Source: Candidatus Woesearchaeota archaeon
GTDB lineage: Archaea > Nanobdellota > Nanobdellia > Pacearchaeales > UBA12030
Direction: 5' to 3'
DNA: 51,672 bases
Assembly (NCBI GenBank): GCA_964361585.1
Contig: CAYIBB010000002.1
Coordinates: forward strand, 1-51,672
The position numbers and the translations under genes are program-made. Shown in pieces: positions 18,762-26,799 of this stretch (position 1 is the first letter of the stretch; each line of letters starts with the position of its first letter). The notes beneath the pieces were generated by a model, which had not been told where the DNA came from, ran no database searches, and was given only the letters and a program-made list of their open reading frames with translations.

Positions 18762-18880
18762 TGCGGGGAACAGGATTCGAACCTGCGCAGGCACTAAGCC
18801 ACTAGGTCCTAAGCCTAGCCCGTATAGTCTAATCCTTTTTTTTACGATTTTAGATTATTTGACCACTCCGGCATCCCCGC
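18762..18880 (-). tRNA. tRNA-Leu (anticodon UAG), class II, with a ~33-nt D-loop intron
   Basis: Reverse complement folds as acceptor GCGGGGA/TCCCCGC plus A73, anticodon arm CTAGG-CTTAGGA-CCTAG, long variable arm (GGC-TTAGT-GCC) and T-arm GCAGG-TTCGAAT-CCTGT. D-stem CCG...CGG encloses 46 nt, including the helix TAATC/GATTA. Confidence 0.85.
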
Positions 18881-18900
18881 ATTCGTTGAGAATTGCAACA

Positions 18901-18910
18901 TATATAAAAA
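18901..18910 (-). promoter_or_regulatory. TATA-box candidate for tRNA-Leu
   Basis: tttttatata (minus strand) centred about 25 nt upstream of the tRNA 5' end. Confidence 0.45.
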
Positions 18911-18992
18911 ACTACCTCCCCCACTAGAAAAATATAAATATAACCATCATTATAGTTATTATAACCTAAATTAAGGTTATTTTATATGTAAA

Positions 18993-19493
18993 ATGAACTT
19001 ACACAGATTTTTAAAAGAAAATGTAGGAGCCAGAAAAATATTTGGCAGAAGAGAACTAAGAATTATTGAGAAGCAGTTAATGGGAGTTAACTTAACACAA
19101 TCAGAAAAGAATAGGCTTTCAAGGGATATAAGAAAGAAGTTTGAGTTTATTAATAAAGTTTCAAGATTTGAAAATGAATTTGAATTAAAAAAGGGAGCAG
19201 AAATTAAGAGAATTATAGAAGAAACGAGGGAAATTATCTTATCCAACACTTTGTTTAAGAAAATCCAAAAAATCATTCTATACGGTTCAGTTGTTGAGAA
19301 TAAATTAACTTTCAGATCGGATATAGATATAGCAGTTCAATTTGACAATATAAATTTAAAAGAGGCTACTTTATTCAAAAAAACAATTTCTGGAAGAGTA
19401 AGTCAGAGAGTCAATGTAGAAGTTTATAATTATTTACCCCAAAAAATCAAGAAAGAAATTGACATTAAAGGGAAAATTATCTACAAAAAATGA
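18993..19493 (+). CDS. Nucleotidyltransferase-domain protein (MNT-type antitoxin-like)
   Basis: Minimal nucleotidyltransferase motif ILYGSVVENKLTFRSDIDIAV (GS-x9-SDxD). Followed by a HEPN remnant. Confidence 0.75.
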   Translation: MNLHRFLKENVGARKIFGRRELRIIEKQLMGVNLTQSEKNRLSRDIRKKFEFINKVSRFENEFELKKGAEIKRIIEETREIILSNTLFKKIQKIILYGSVVENKLTFRSDIDIAVQFDNINLKEATLFKKTISGRVSQRVNVEVYNYLPQKIKKEIDIKGKIIYKK

Positions 19494-19506
19494 GGATTAG
19501 AGATAA

Positions 19507-19707
19507 GAAGAGGCTTTTGACATTTTAGCCAACGAAGGATTAATCTCAAGTAAGCTGGCTACAAAATTAAAAGATGCCAAAGGAATGAGGAACATCATAG
19601 CCCATGAATATGGAAAGATAGATGATAGAATCGTATTTAATTCAATTACTAAAGAATTAAGGAGTGATGTTATAGAGTTCCTCACGAGTATAGAAAAAGC
19701 TAAATAG
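19507..19707 (+). pseudogene. Truncated HEPN (DUF86/HepT-like) toxin remnant
   Basis: Hand translation gives EEAFDILANEGLISSKLATKLKDAKGMRNIIAHEYGKIDDRIVFNSITKELRSDVIEFLTSIEKAK*, containing the HEPN Rx4-6H motif (RNIIAH). The frame opens right after an in-frame TAA (19504-19506), has no start codon before the motif, and lacks roughly the N-terminal half of a normal DUF86 protein. Confidence 0.65.
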
Positions 19708-19712
19708 CAATT

Positions 19713-19892
19713 TCACTTCTTATCTTTCTTCTTCCAATTCCACCTATAAGTACGAAGTCTAGAACTTTTACCAAAGCCGCATGATGAGCAAATTCGCTTC
19801 TTTTTGTGAAATGCAACTTTCCCACAGCGTCTGCACTTAAGATGCAGTTTTGCTCTTCCTCGCTTTCCTAATGTTGGTGTTCCTTTCGTCAT
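19713..19892 (-). CDS. rpl37e: 50S ribosomal protein eL37 (L37e)
   Basis: Not in the ORF track (59 aa). Hand translation: MTKGTPTLGKRGRAKLHLKCRRCGKVAFHKKKRICSSCGFGKSSRLRTYRWNWKKKDKK*, with a C4 zinc ribbon. Conserved Sm-L37e gene pair. Confidence 0.9.
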   Translation of the reverse strand: MTKGTPTLGKRGRAKLHLKCRRCGKVAFHKKKRICSSCGFGKSSRLRTYRWNWKKKDKK

Positions 19893-19982
19893 TTTTCAAA
19901 TTATCCCTCGAGAGATTTCCACAAGTTCTTTTTCATAAAACCTTTCCTAAATATCTTTTTATAAAACATATTTTTCTTTGAT

Positions 19983-20007
19983 GAAACTTTCTTTCCAAGA
20001 AAGTTTC
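19983..20007 (-). terminator. Perfect 11-bp-stem hairpin immediately after the Sm gene stop
   Basis: GAAACTTTCTT-tcc-AAGAAAGTTTC; it abuts the Sm stop codon (20007-20009) and precedes the TATA-like box of rpl37e. Function (terminator or processing/stability element) is inferred. Confidence 0.3.
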
Positions 20008-20243
20008 TAATCAACAGAAGCAGGGCTAATAAATATTATTGTATCTCCTCTAACAAATGTAAGACCTAAATTCTTGCGCAACTCTCCATTGATCATCTCC
20101 TTGGTATTATCAAGAATTATGTTTATATGGATATCAAAAGCTAGGAGTTTCCCAACTAATTGCTTTTCATTCTTAAGCTGCACAATAACTTCTTTACCCT
20201 TAGTCTTATTAAGAAGATCTAAAGGACGCTCAAAACTATTCAT
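20007..20243 (-). CDS. Sm-like archaeal protein (SmAP/LSm)
   Basis: Sm1/Sm2 motifs: KEVIVQLKNEKQLVGKLLAFDIHINIILDN ... TFVRGDTIIFISP; 78 aa. Confidence 0.9.
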   Translation of the reverse strand: MNSFERPLDLLNKTKGKEVIVQLKNEKQLVGKLLAFDIHINIILDNTKEMINGELRKNLGLTFVRGDTIIFISPASVD

Positions 20244-20406
20244 AGCTCTTCCTCAATATTTATTCTTATAAACCTTTCTGTATTCTATCATATGTGTTAG
20301 AAAGATATTTAAATTTATCACATCTATTTTTTAAAGTCTTTGGCATTCTTGCTAACTAGTGAAGCAATTTAATGAGTAATTTAAATGATTAATTGTAAAA
20401 GTTAAA

Positions 20407-20772
20407 ATGAGAAAAGGAAAAAAAACATCTGGTGGAAGATACAAAAAGTATAGAAAGAGTAGACTCTACGAGAGACAGGGAAAGCCCCGACTTGTTAGAC
20501 TTGGAAAGGAAAAGAAAAAAGCTCTCAAAACAATAGGTGGAAATCTTAAAACGGTATTGTTAGCAACCGATAAAGTAAATATCATAGATCCCAAAACGAA
20601 AAAGTCTCAGACCATTCAGATTAAGAATGTTCTCGAAACTCCTGCAAATAGATTCTGGGCAAGAAGAAACATAATCACAAGAGGCACAGTAATCAATACT
20701 GAAAAGGGCAAAGCAAAAGTCACGAACAGACCTGGACAGGAAGGAAGTGTGCAGGCTGTTTTGATGGAGTAA
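20407..20772 (+). CDS. rps8e: 30S ribosomal protein eS8 (S8e)
   Basis: N-terminus MRKGKKTSGGRYKKYRKSRLYE and C-terminal GKAKVTNRPGQEGSVQAVL are typical of archaeal S8e. Confidence 0.9.
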   Translation: MRKGKKTSGGRYKKYRKSRLYERQGKPRLVRLGKEKKKALKTIGGNLKTVLLATDKVNIIDPKTKKSQTIQIKNVLETPANRFWARRNIITRGTVINTEKGKAKVTNRPGQEGSVQAVLME

Positions 20773-20922
20773 ACCTTGGCATTCTCAAACCTTTAACAAA
20801 ACCTTTTTAAATCTTTCTACTAAAAGGAAACATTTATAAAGTTCTAGCGTGTAAATATTATAAATCTTCTCGAAAACTAACGTAACTTTCTAGTTACATG
20901 GGTTTTGGGTTGAGAGGGGAAA

Positions 20923-21840
20923 ATGGTATTTATCAAAAAGTGCCCAGAGTGCAGTAGCATAAACCTCATATACGAGGGTGAAAGAGGAGAGATTATTTGT
21001 AAAGATTGTGGTCTCGTTATAGAGGAAAAGATGCTTGATCTTGGTCGCGAGTGGCGACAGTTTGAGGAAGGAAAAATTCGAGGTAGGGGAGGAGCTCCTT
21101 TAACACTTCAGAAGTTTGATAAAGGCTTAACTACTAATATTGGCGAAGGCTCTGATATTTATCAGCTTGCAGGCGAAAAAAGCCGAAAGAAATATTTTAG
21201 ATTAAAGAAATGGCAAGAACGAGTTTCTACTTCAATTGAAAGGAATCTAAGACTTGCATTGGCAGAGCTTAGAAGAATTTCTACTTACTTACATTTGCCT
21301 AATCATGTAAAGGAAGAAGCCTCTCGAGTCTATAATCTTGTCTTGCAGAGAGGCCTCGTACGAGGAAGAGGAATGGAATCTGTGATTGCCGCCTGCATCT
21401 ACGCATCCTGCAGAACTTATGGCATTCCAAGAACTCTTGATGAGCTTGCATCTGCTTCCGACATTGAGCGAAAGGAGATAGGAAGAACATACAGATTCAT
21501 TGTAAGGCATCTTGCAGTAAAGATAAATCCTTCATCTCCCAAGGATTATATTTCTAGATTTGCAAGCATTCTGCATTTATCACCTAAGACACAGAATGAT
21601 GCTCTCAAGATTTTAAGAAGAGCTGAGAGGGGTGAACTTACAAGTGGTAGAGGCCCAGCGGGAATTGCTGCGGCTGCTCTTTATGTAGCAGCTCTTCTTA
21701 ATAATGAGAAGAAGACGCAGAGGGAAGTGGCAGATGTTGCTGGCATTACTGAAGTAACAATACGCAATCGCTACAAGGAGCTTTTAGAGAAGCTTGACTT
21801 GACTGATAAGGTCAAAGAGAAAGAAACGGAATTGAAGTGA
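20923..21840 (+). CDS. tfb: Transcription initiation factor TFB (TFIIB)
   Basis: N-terminal Zn ribbon CPECSS...ICKDCGLV, B-linker and two cyclin-fold repeats (ESVIAACIYASCR..., GPAGIAAAALYVAA). Confidence 0.95.
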   Translation: MVFIKKCPECSSINLIYEGERGEIICKDCGLVIEEKMLDLGREWRQFEEGKIRGRGGAPLTLQKFDKGLTTNIGEGSDIYQLAGEKSRKKYFRLKKWQERVSTSIERNLRLALAELRRISTYLHLPNHVKEEASRVYNLVLQRGLVRGRGMESVIAACIYASCRTYGIPRTLDELASASDIERKEIGRTYRFIVRHLAVKINPSSPKDYISRFASILHLSPKTQNDALKILRRAERGELTSGRGPAGIAAAALYVAALLNNEKKTQREVADVAGITEVTIRNRYKELLEKLDLTDKVKEKETELK

Positions 21841-21857
21841 CCTTAAGGCTAGGGAAA

Positions 21858-22769
21858 ATGAAAAGTCAAACTGTAACTCAAACACAAACAAAAGTAAAGA
21901 TTGAAGGCAAGACTGGACTTCCAGTATATGAGGCAAGACCACTAGTAGATCCAGTAGTTCCAATAGTAGGATTTTTCGGAGGCGAGCAAGGAAAAGAAGT
22001 TCTTAAAGAATTCCAAGAAAGAGCAAAAGCAGACTACAATTCAGCCAAAGCTTTAGATATCCTTTCCTACGAAGACAAACTTGCAAAAGGCTCAAACCCA
22101 TTCGCAGTAGTACTACTAAATCAAATTCTAAGGCAAGAAGGACTAAGAACAGCAGATCAAGCAGACCTTGAAGAAGCACTAAGATTAAATGCCCTTCCTC
22201 TAAAGGGACATTATGAAGATACAGCCCTAGTCCTAAGAAATGATAAAGAATCAAACAAATATCTAGCAGAATACTTAACAGCTCAAGTAAAAGAAAGAAA
22301 CCCTAAAATAAAAATGCCAGTAATGACTCCTTTATATGGACTAGAACTAGTAAATGATCAAAATTCAGATTATGCCCTTTCATTTAAGTTAAGAGATGAT
22401 GCAGAAATAATCTATGCTCCTATACTAAACAAACAAGGAAGATTCTCTTCTGAAGATATAGATCCAGGAACAGGACTACCAACAAAACTTGGCATGGGAG
22501 ATAGAACTCTACATACAATTCAACATGGCCTTTCCGGGTTGGGTCTCAACAGGTACTTGGATGTGGACTCCGATTGGGGCAACTTGGCGAACTCGAGTTC
22601 GGATGGTCGGGTAGTTGTGGTGCAAGAGGGCGGCGAAGCCACCGCGCAAAATTTGGTTGGATTTAATAATATTCTTAACGCAATTCAGCAAGGGAAAATC
22701 TTTAAATCTCCCAGTGGAAAAGTTTACGTGCCTCTTGATCCAGAAGTTGCCAGTGAAATTCAAGGCTAA
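21858..22769 (+). CDS. Hypothetical protein with atypical codon usage and a GC-rich 3' segment
   Basis: Long ORF abutting the tfb stop. I prefer the ATG at 21858 over the GTG at 21837. No recognised motif; A-ending codons dominate the 5' part and G/C-ending codons dominate 22521-22650. Confidence 0.55.
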   Translation: MKSQTVTQTQTKVKIEGKTGLPVYEARPLVDPVVPIVGFFGGEQGKEVLKEFQERAKADYNSAKALDILSYEDKLAKGSNPFAVVLLNQILRQEGLRTADQADLEEALRLNALPLKGHYEDTALVLRNDKESNKYLAEYLTAQVKERNPKIKMPVMTPLYGLELVNDQNSDYALSFKLRDDAEIIYAPILNKQGRFSSEDIDPGTGLPTKLGMGDRTLHTIQHGLSGLGLNRYLDVDSDWGNLANSSSDGRVVVVQEGGEATAQNLVGFNNILNAIQQGKIFKSPSGKVYVPLDPEVASEIQG

Positions 22770-22777
22770 TTGAGCTT

Positions 22778-23671
22778 TCACTTAACATCCAAACTCAAAA
22801 AATCCTTTGCCATCAGCGTGTTAGGGAATAGCTTCTTTACCTCTTTCAGAAGTAAAGGTTTTTCACTTTCCTTATAGCGGTCACTCATATGCGTAATTAC
22901 GAGTTTCTTCGCTCTTGCCTTCTTCGCAATTTCTCCTGCTTGCCTTGCAGTCATGTGACTATATTTCTTGGCTTTATCCTCCAATTCATGTGAAAATGTG
23001 GCCTCACTTACAACTAAATCAGCATTCTTTGCAAGCTTTACTGCCTCGCTGCAGTAAGCAGAATCAAAAATGAATGCCGCACTCTTTCCTTTCCTTACAA
23101 AAGTCACATCCCTCGATTTGATTTTCTTTCCATTATCCACAACATCTTGCCCTCTTTGGAGCTTCCCTATTAAAGGCCCGGGAAGATTAAATTTTTTTAT
23201 TTTCTCGAAATTTACTTTTCTAAAATCCTTTTCTTCAAACCTATAGCCGAGGCAGTTGTAATGCTTTAGTTTTAATGCACTTATAGTAAAATCTTTCTCA
23301 TCCACGAATTTGCCTTGCCTTACCTCATGAACCTTGAAGTTAATTTTTCCTGATAACATAAAAGCTTTTATCATATTGTTCATGAATTTTTTACTTCCAT
23401 TTGGGCCATAAATCTGCAACTCTCTGCCGTAGTTACCAAAAGCCAAAGTCTGCAGAAGTCCTGGGATTCCTAAAACATGATCGCCATGCCAATGTGTAAT
23501 CAGAATTCTTGTTAACTTAAAAGGATTCAGCCTTGCTACCTTGAACTGCCTCTGTGTTCCTTCTCCACAGTCTATAAGGATGTTCTCATTCTTATAACTA
23601 AGCAAAATCGAAGTATGGCTTCTCTCTAAAGTTGGAACTGCACTCCCTGTTCCTAGAAATGTAATTCTCAT
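22778..23671 (-). CDS. rnz: Ribonuclease Z (tRNA 3' endonuclease)
   Basis: Metallo-beta-lactamase motif ITHWHGDHVLGIPGLL, N-terminus MRITFLGTGSAVP; 297 aa, typical of short-form RNase Z. Confidence 0.85.
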   Translation of the reverse strand: MRITFLGTGSAVPTLERSHTSILLSYKNENILIDCGEGTQRQFKVARLNPFKLTRILITHWHGDHVLGIPGLLQTLAFGNYGRELQIYGPNGSKKFMNNMIKAFMLSGKINFKVHEVRQGKFVDEKDFTISALKLKHYNCLGYRFEEKDFRKVNFEKIKKFNLPGPLIGKLQRGQDVVDNGKKIKSRDVTFVRKGKSAAFIFDSAYCSEAVKLAKNADLVVSEATFSHELEDKAKKYSHMTARQAGEIAKKARAKKLVITHMSDRYKESEKPLLLKEVKKLFPNTLMAKDFLSLDVK

Positions 23672-23759
23672 ACATTTAAGAAGAAATTTACCTTTTAAAT
23701 TTTTTTAATAGTGAAATTTAAATAATGCTTTTTGGTAATTAAGTAATACTCCAAATAAA

Positions 23760-24356
23760 ATGAAAGGAAAGATCAAGCAAGTAGAGATTAAACAGAAACC
23801 TGAAAAGGAAAGACAAGAGCATCATGTAAAGGAAAAGATAAAGCCTTTCAAGGCAACAATTGTAGGGGAACGCATTGTGAGTGTGGATAAGGAAGCCAAG
23901 AGACTTTATGATATGAGTAATTTTGGCGAAATTGCTGAGGATAAGGTGTACTATTCGCTTGTTGAATCTCTCTACCTTTTAGAGAAGAAGAAAATTAAAA
24001 TCTATGATTGTAGAAAGGCACTGAATTTTGATGTTTTACTCAAGAAAGCCAGCACATTAGAACCTAACTTTTATACCCGCTTTAGAGTATTTAGAGATAT
24101 GAGAAATAAAGGATACATAATTAAGACTGCACTCAAATTCGGAGCTGACTTTCGTGTCTATGACCGTGGAATAAAGCCGGGTCAGGAACATGCGCGATGG
24201 ATTCTCTATCCAGTCTATGAGGGCTCACATTTGACATGGCATGAATTTGCCGCTAAGAATAGAGTTGCACATTCAACAAGAAAGAGACTCCTTATGGGTG
24301 TTGTAGATGATGAGGGAGATGTTACTTACTGGGAAATTAGATGGATGAGGCCTTGA
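23760..24356 (+). CDS. endA: tRNA-splicing endonuclease, catalytic alpha-type subunit
   Basis: C-terminal catalytic domain KFGADFRVYDRG...EHARWILYPV...HSTRKRLLMGVV carries the Tyr/His/Lys catalytic residues. A ~30-aa Lys-rich N-terminal extension is present; 198 aa. Confidence 0.85.
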   Translation: MKGKIKQVEIKQKPEKERQEHHVKEKIKPFKATIVGERIVSVDKEAKRLYDMSNFGEIAEDKVYYSLVESLYLLEKKKIKIYDCRKALNFDVLLKKASTLEPNFYTRFRVFRDMRNKGYIIKTALKFGADFRVYDRGIKPGQEHARWILYPVYEGSHLTWHEFAAKNRVAHSTRKRLLMGVVDDEGDVTYWEIRWMRP

Positions 24357-24400
24357 AACTCTAAGAAATCCCTCCTTGAGAGTTTCATTAAAAAGATAAG

Positions 24401-24919
24401 ATGCAGAAGACAGATTTTGTTGCAATTAAAAATAAAATTTACGAGGAAATCACAATAAATGGTCCGAATTTTTCCTCTGCCCTAGCTATAAAGCTCGGCA
24501 TTCCCTCATTGTTTGCTTCTGCTCTATTTTCTGAATTAGTAAATGAGAAAAAGCTTAAAGTAAGTTGCATCAAGGCTGGCGAGAGCCCTTTATATTATGT
24601 TGAGGGGCAAGAAACTAAATTAGAAAACTTTGTGGGTTATCTTACAGAAGAGCAGCAAAAGGCTTATAAGCTCTTGAGCGTTAAGAAACTCATACTTGAT
24701 GACTCTGAGAGGGTGGAAATTAGATATGCTCTTAGGAATCTAAAGGATTTTGTTGTTCCATTAAAGGTTAGATCTTCTGACTCTGAGAGATTATTTTGGA
24801 AATGGTACAAGGTTTCCAATGACGAGGTAATGAGTACAATAAGGAAAATAATGATTAAACAAGTGAGCATTAATGAGGGAAGAAAAACTAATTTCAGAAG
24901 GAAAAATTTAAAAAGTTAA
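24401..24919 (+). CDS. Hypothetical protein (possible winged-helix domain)
   Basis: 172-aa ORF; the N-terminal ~70 aa resemble a winged-helix fold by eye ([28 protein letters not shown]). No firm family assignment. Confidence 0.45.
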   Translation: MQKTDFVAIKNKIYEEITINGPNFSSALAIKLGIPSLFASALFSELVNEKKLKVSCIKAGESPLYYVEGQETKLENFVGYLTEEQQKAYKLLSVKKLILDDSERVEIRYALRNLKDFVVPLKVRSSDSERLFWKWYKVSNDEVMSTIRKIMIKQVSINEGRKTNFRRKNLKS

Positions 24920-24920
24920 G

Positions 24921-25112
24921 ATGGGTAGAGTAAAATCATTGCAGATTAAGCGTGAAGCTCGTAAGTTGCTTGATGAGTACCCTAAAGTATTTACAAGCGA
25001 TTTTGAAAAAAATAAAGTCCTTGTCACGAAGTTACTTTATACGTCTAAGAAAATAAGAAACTCAGTTGCAGGCTATATTACAAGACTTGTAAGAAAACAT
25101 GCTAATGCCTAG
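24921..25112 (+). CDS. rps17e: 30S ribosomal protein eS17 (S17e)
   Basis: [35 protein letters not shown] matches the S17e N-terminal pattern; 63 aa. Confidence 0.85.
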   Translation: MGRVKSLQIKREARKLLDEYPKVFTSDFEKNKVLVTKLLYTSKKIRNSVAGYITRLVRKHANA

Positions 25113-25145
25113 TGCATTAATTACTAAAAATTTCAGGAGGTGAAA

Positions 25146-25454
25146 ATGGCAGAAAGAACAAGTAGCGCAGAAAAAGGAAATGACCACACAATTTTTATTG
25201 GCAGTAAGCCCTTTATGAACTACGTGACTGGGGTGGTAATGCAATTTACCACGCAGAGTGCCAAAGAAGTCGTTGTCAAGGCAAGGGGCAAGTTCATTGC
25301 GAGAGCAGTAGATGTGGCAGAAGTTGCACGCAAGCGCTTCCTTAAGGACAGTATAGATATAAAGAACATAGCTATAGACAGCGAAGAATTTGAAGACAAA
25401 GATGGAAAGCGAGTTAAAGTGAGTACAATCGAAATTACATTAGAGAAAAAATAA
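25146..25454 (+). CDS. albA: DNA/RNA-binding protein Alba
   Basis: IFIGSKPFMNYVTGVVMQF...VVVKARGKFIARAVDVAEVARKRF...VSTIEITLEK. I prefer the ATG at 25146, preceded by GGAGGTGA, over the GTG at 25140. Confidence 0.9.
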   Translation: MAERTSSAEKGNDHTIFIGSKPFMNYVTGVVMQFTTQSAKEVVVKARGKFIARAVDVAEVARKRFLKDSIDIKNIAIDSEEFEDKDGKRVKVSTIEITLEKK

Positions 25455-25480
25455 GCAAAGTTTTATTTTTGTTTTTTATT

Positions 25481-25975
25481 TTAATTTCTTGCTTCTTTAA
25501 TTAGTGCTTCAAGTCCTTTATCTAAATATTCTTGGCTGTTATATGCTTTAGCTCTAGCCTCGACCTCTTTCAATGGCAAAATCAATCTACAGTAATCTTC
25601 AAGATCACCCCACCCATAAATTCTCTTTCGTAATAGTCTAACTATTTGGACCTCATCCCCCAAAGTCCGAGTTTCAGTAATAACCTCTACACCACATCTT
25701 TCAGCAAGAACTTGAAGTTGTGTAGGATCTTCCTTTATTGGGGCATTTAATGGATAAACAGGAGTTGTCACAACATGAGGAAAAGTATCACTAACATTTA
25801 TATATCCCATCTTTTCACCTCTAATTAAAACCATTATATCTCCATATCCATTTTTCCCCTCCACATTTATATTTTTCTTTCTTGCTAAGTAACTTATTAT
25901 ACCATCTTTAGAGATATCTCTATACTCTTCTTTCCTTCTTGCTAACAATGTTATTATATTCAACACCCTTTCCAT
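25481..25975 (-). CDS. Hypothetical protein
   Basis: 164-aa ORF; no motif recognised. Confidence 0.45.
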   Translation of the reverse strand: MERVLNIITLLARRKEEYRDISKDGIISYLARKKNINVEGKNGYGDIMVLIRGEKMGYINVSDTFPHVVTTPVYPLNAPIKEDPTQLQVLAERCGVEVITETRTLGDEVQIVRLLRKRIYGWGDLEDYCRLILPLKEVEARAKAYNSQEYLDKGLEALIKEARN

Positions 25976-26033
25976 TTTAAATTATAAAAGAAGTATGTAA
26001 ATACATAGCCAAGAGATATATAAATTTTCCGCA

Positions 26034-26119
26034 TGCCTCGGGGGGGATTCGAACCCCCGACTTCTGCCTTACTCAAAAAATTCATGAGAGCAGCGCTCTA
26101 CCAACTGAGCTACCGAGGC
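26034..26119 (-). tRNA. tRNA with CAU anticodon (elongator Met or Ile2) carrying a 13-nt intron at or near the canonical 37/38 site
   Basis: Acceptor GCCTCGG/CCGAGGC plus A73, D-arm GCTC-AGTTGGTA-GAGC, anticodon stem CTGCT/GGCAG enclosing 20 nt (CTCATGAATTTTTTGAGTAA), T-arm GGGGG-TTCGAAT-CCCCC. The acceptor stem is not initiator-like. Confidence 0.8.
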
Positions 26120-26143
26120 GTAAGTAGAAAGAAAAATAGAACC

Positions 26144-26151
26144 TTATAAAA
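26144..26151 (-). promoter_or_regulatory. TATA-box candidate for tRNA-CAU
   Basis: ttttataa (minus strand) centred about 29 nt upstream of the tRNA 5' end. Confidence 0.45.
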
Positions 26152-26153
26152 TT

Positions 26154-26573
26154 TTACTGCATTGACTGCCTTATCGCTTTTATTAGTTCCTTTGCCTCAC
26201 GTTCTCCATAAACATAATCTTCTCTTGTGCGCCTGCTAAGTGTTAGTTCGTCTCCCCTATACCTTGGAATTATATAAAGGAGTATGCATAACAACTTGTC
26301 CAGCATTGATTCCATTGTTCTGCACTATATTAAATTCCTTAAATCCTGTGGCTTTCAAAACTGCAGTGCTTACTTTCTTAATTACCTTTGTAATCTCCTC
26401 GAGAGTTGAGTCAGGAATTTCTTGTAAGGTTACATAATGAGTCTTTGGAGTAACTAAAACATGACCTTTATTCACTGGAGCTATATCTAAAAGGCGATTA
26501 CTTTATTATCTTCATAAACAATATTTGAAGGGATCCCTTTATCTACAATCTTACAGAATCTGCAGTCTGACAT
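26154..26573 (-). pseudogene. Decayed HIT-family hydrolase gene (two frameshifts, histidine triad lost)
   Basis: Three frame segments read MSDCRFCKIVDKGIPSNIVYEDNKVIAF | (L)LDIAPVNKGHVLVTPKTHY...NNGINAGQVVMHTPLY | IIPRYRGDELTLSRRTREDYVYGEREAKELIKAIRQSMQ*. One shift sits in a T-run (gccTTTTag), the other in a TA repeat. The expected HxHxH reads HTPLY. Confidence 0.7.
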
Positions 26574-26633
26574 TTTTCTTTTGACGAAACTTCCACCAAA
26601 TTATTTTGATTGAACTTTTTCTAAAAGTTCATA

Positions 26634-26739
26634 TGGACTCGCCGGGATTCGAACCCGGAATCTCTCCCCAGCCAAGGGAGCATTCTTTAACAAACTTTTC
26701 ACGCTTTTTTCAAAAAGTTTACCGTTGAACTACGAGCCC
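26634..26739 (-). tRNA. tRNA-Ala (anticodon GGC, G3:U70) with a ~32-nt D-loop intron
   Basis: Acceptor GGGCTCG/CGAGTCC (G3:U70 Ala identity pair) plus A73, anticodon arm CTCCC-TTGGCTG-GGGAG, T-arm CCGGG-TTCGAAT-CCCGG. D-stem GTTC...GAAT encloses 41 nt, including the hairpin AACTTTT/AAAAGTT. Confidence 0.85.
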
Positions 26740-26799
26740 TATACTTAGATAATCAGATGTTAATTAAAATCTTACGGATGTTAAGAATGCACAGGAATT

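Noticed and set aside
19497-19685. 62-aa minus-strand ORF downstream of the MNT gene.
   Set aside because: The plus strand of the same interval encodes a clear HEPN (RNIIAH) remnant, so the minus-strand ORF is a shadow.
22521-22650. GC-rich patch considered as a hidden structured RNA gene (SRP RNA, RNase P RNA or a tRNA-like element).
   Set aside because: I could not build convincing long-range helices beyond one 12-nt palindrome. No SRP or RNase P conserved motifs were seen, and the long plus-strand reading frame continues through it uninterrupted. It is kept only as a composition anomaly of the ORF.
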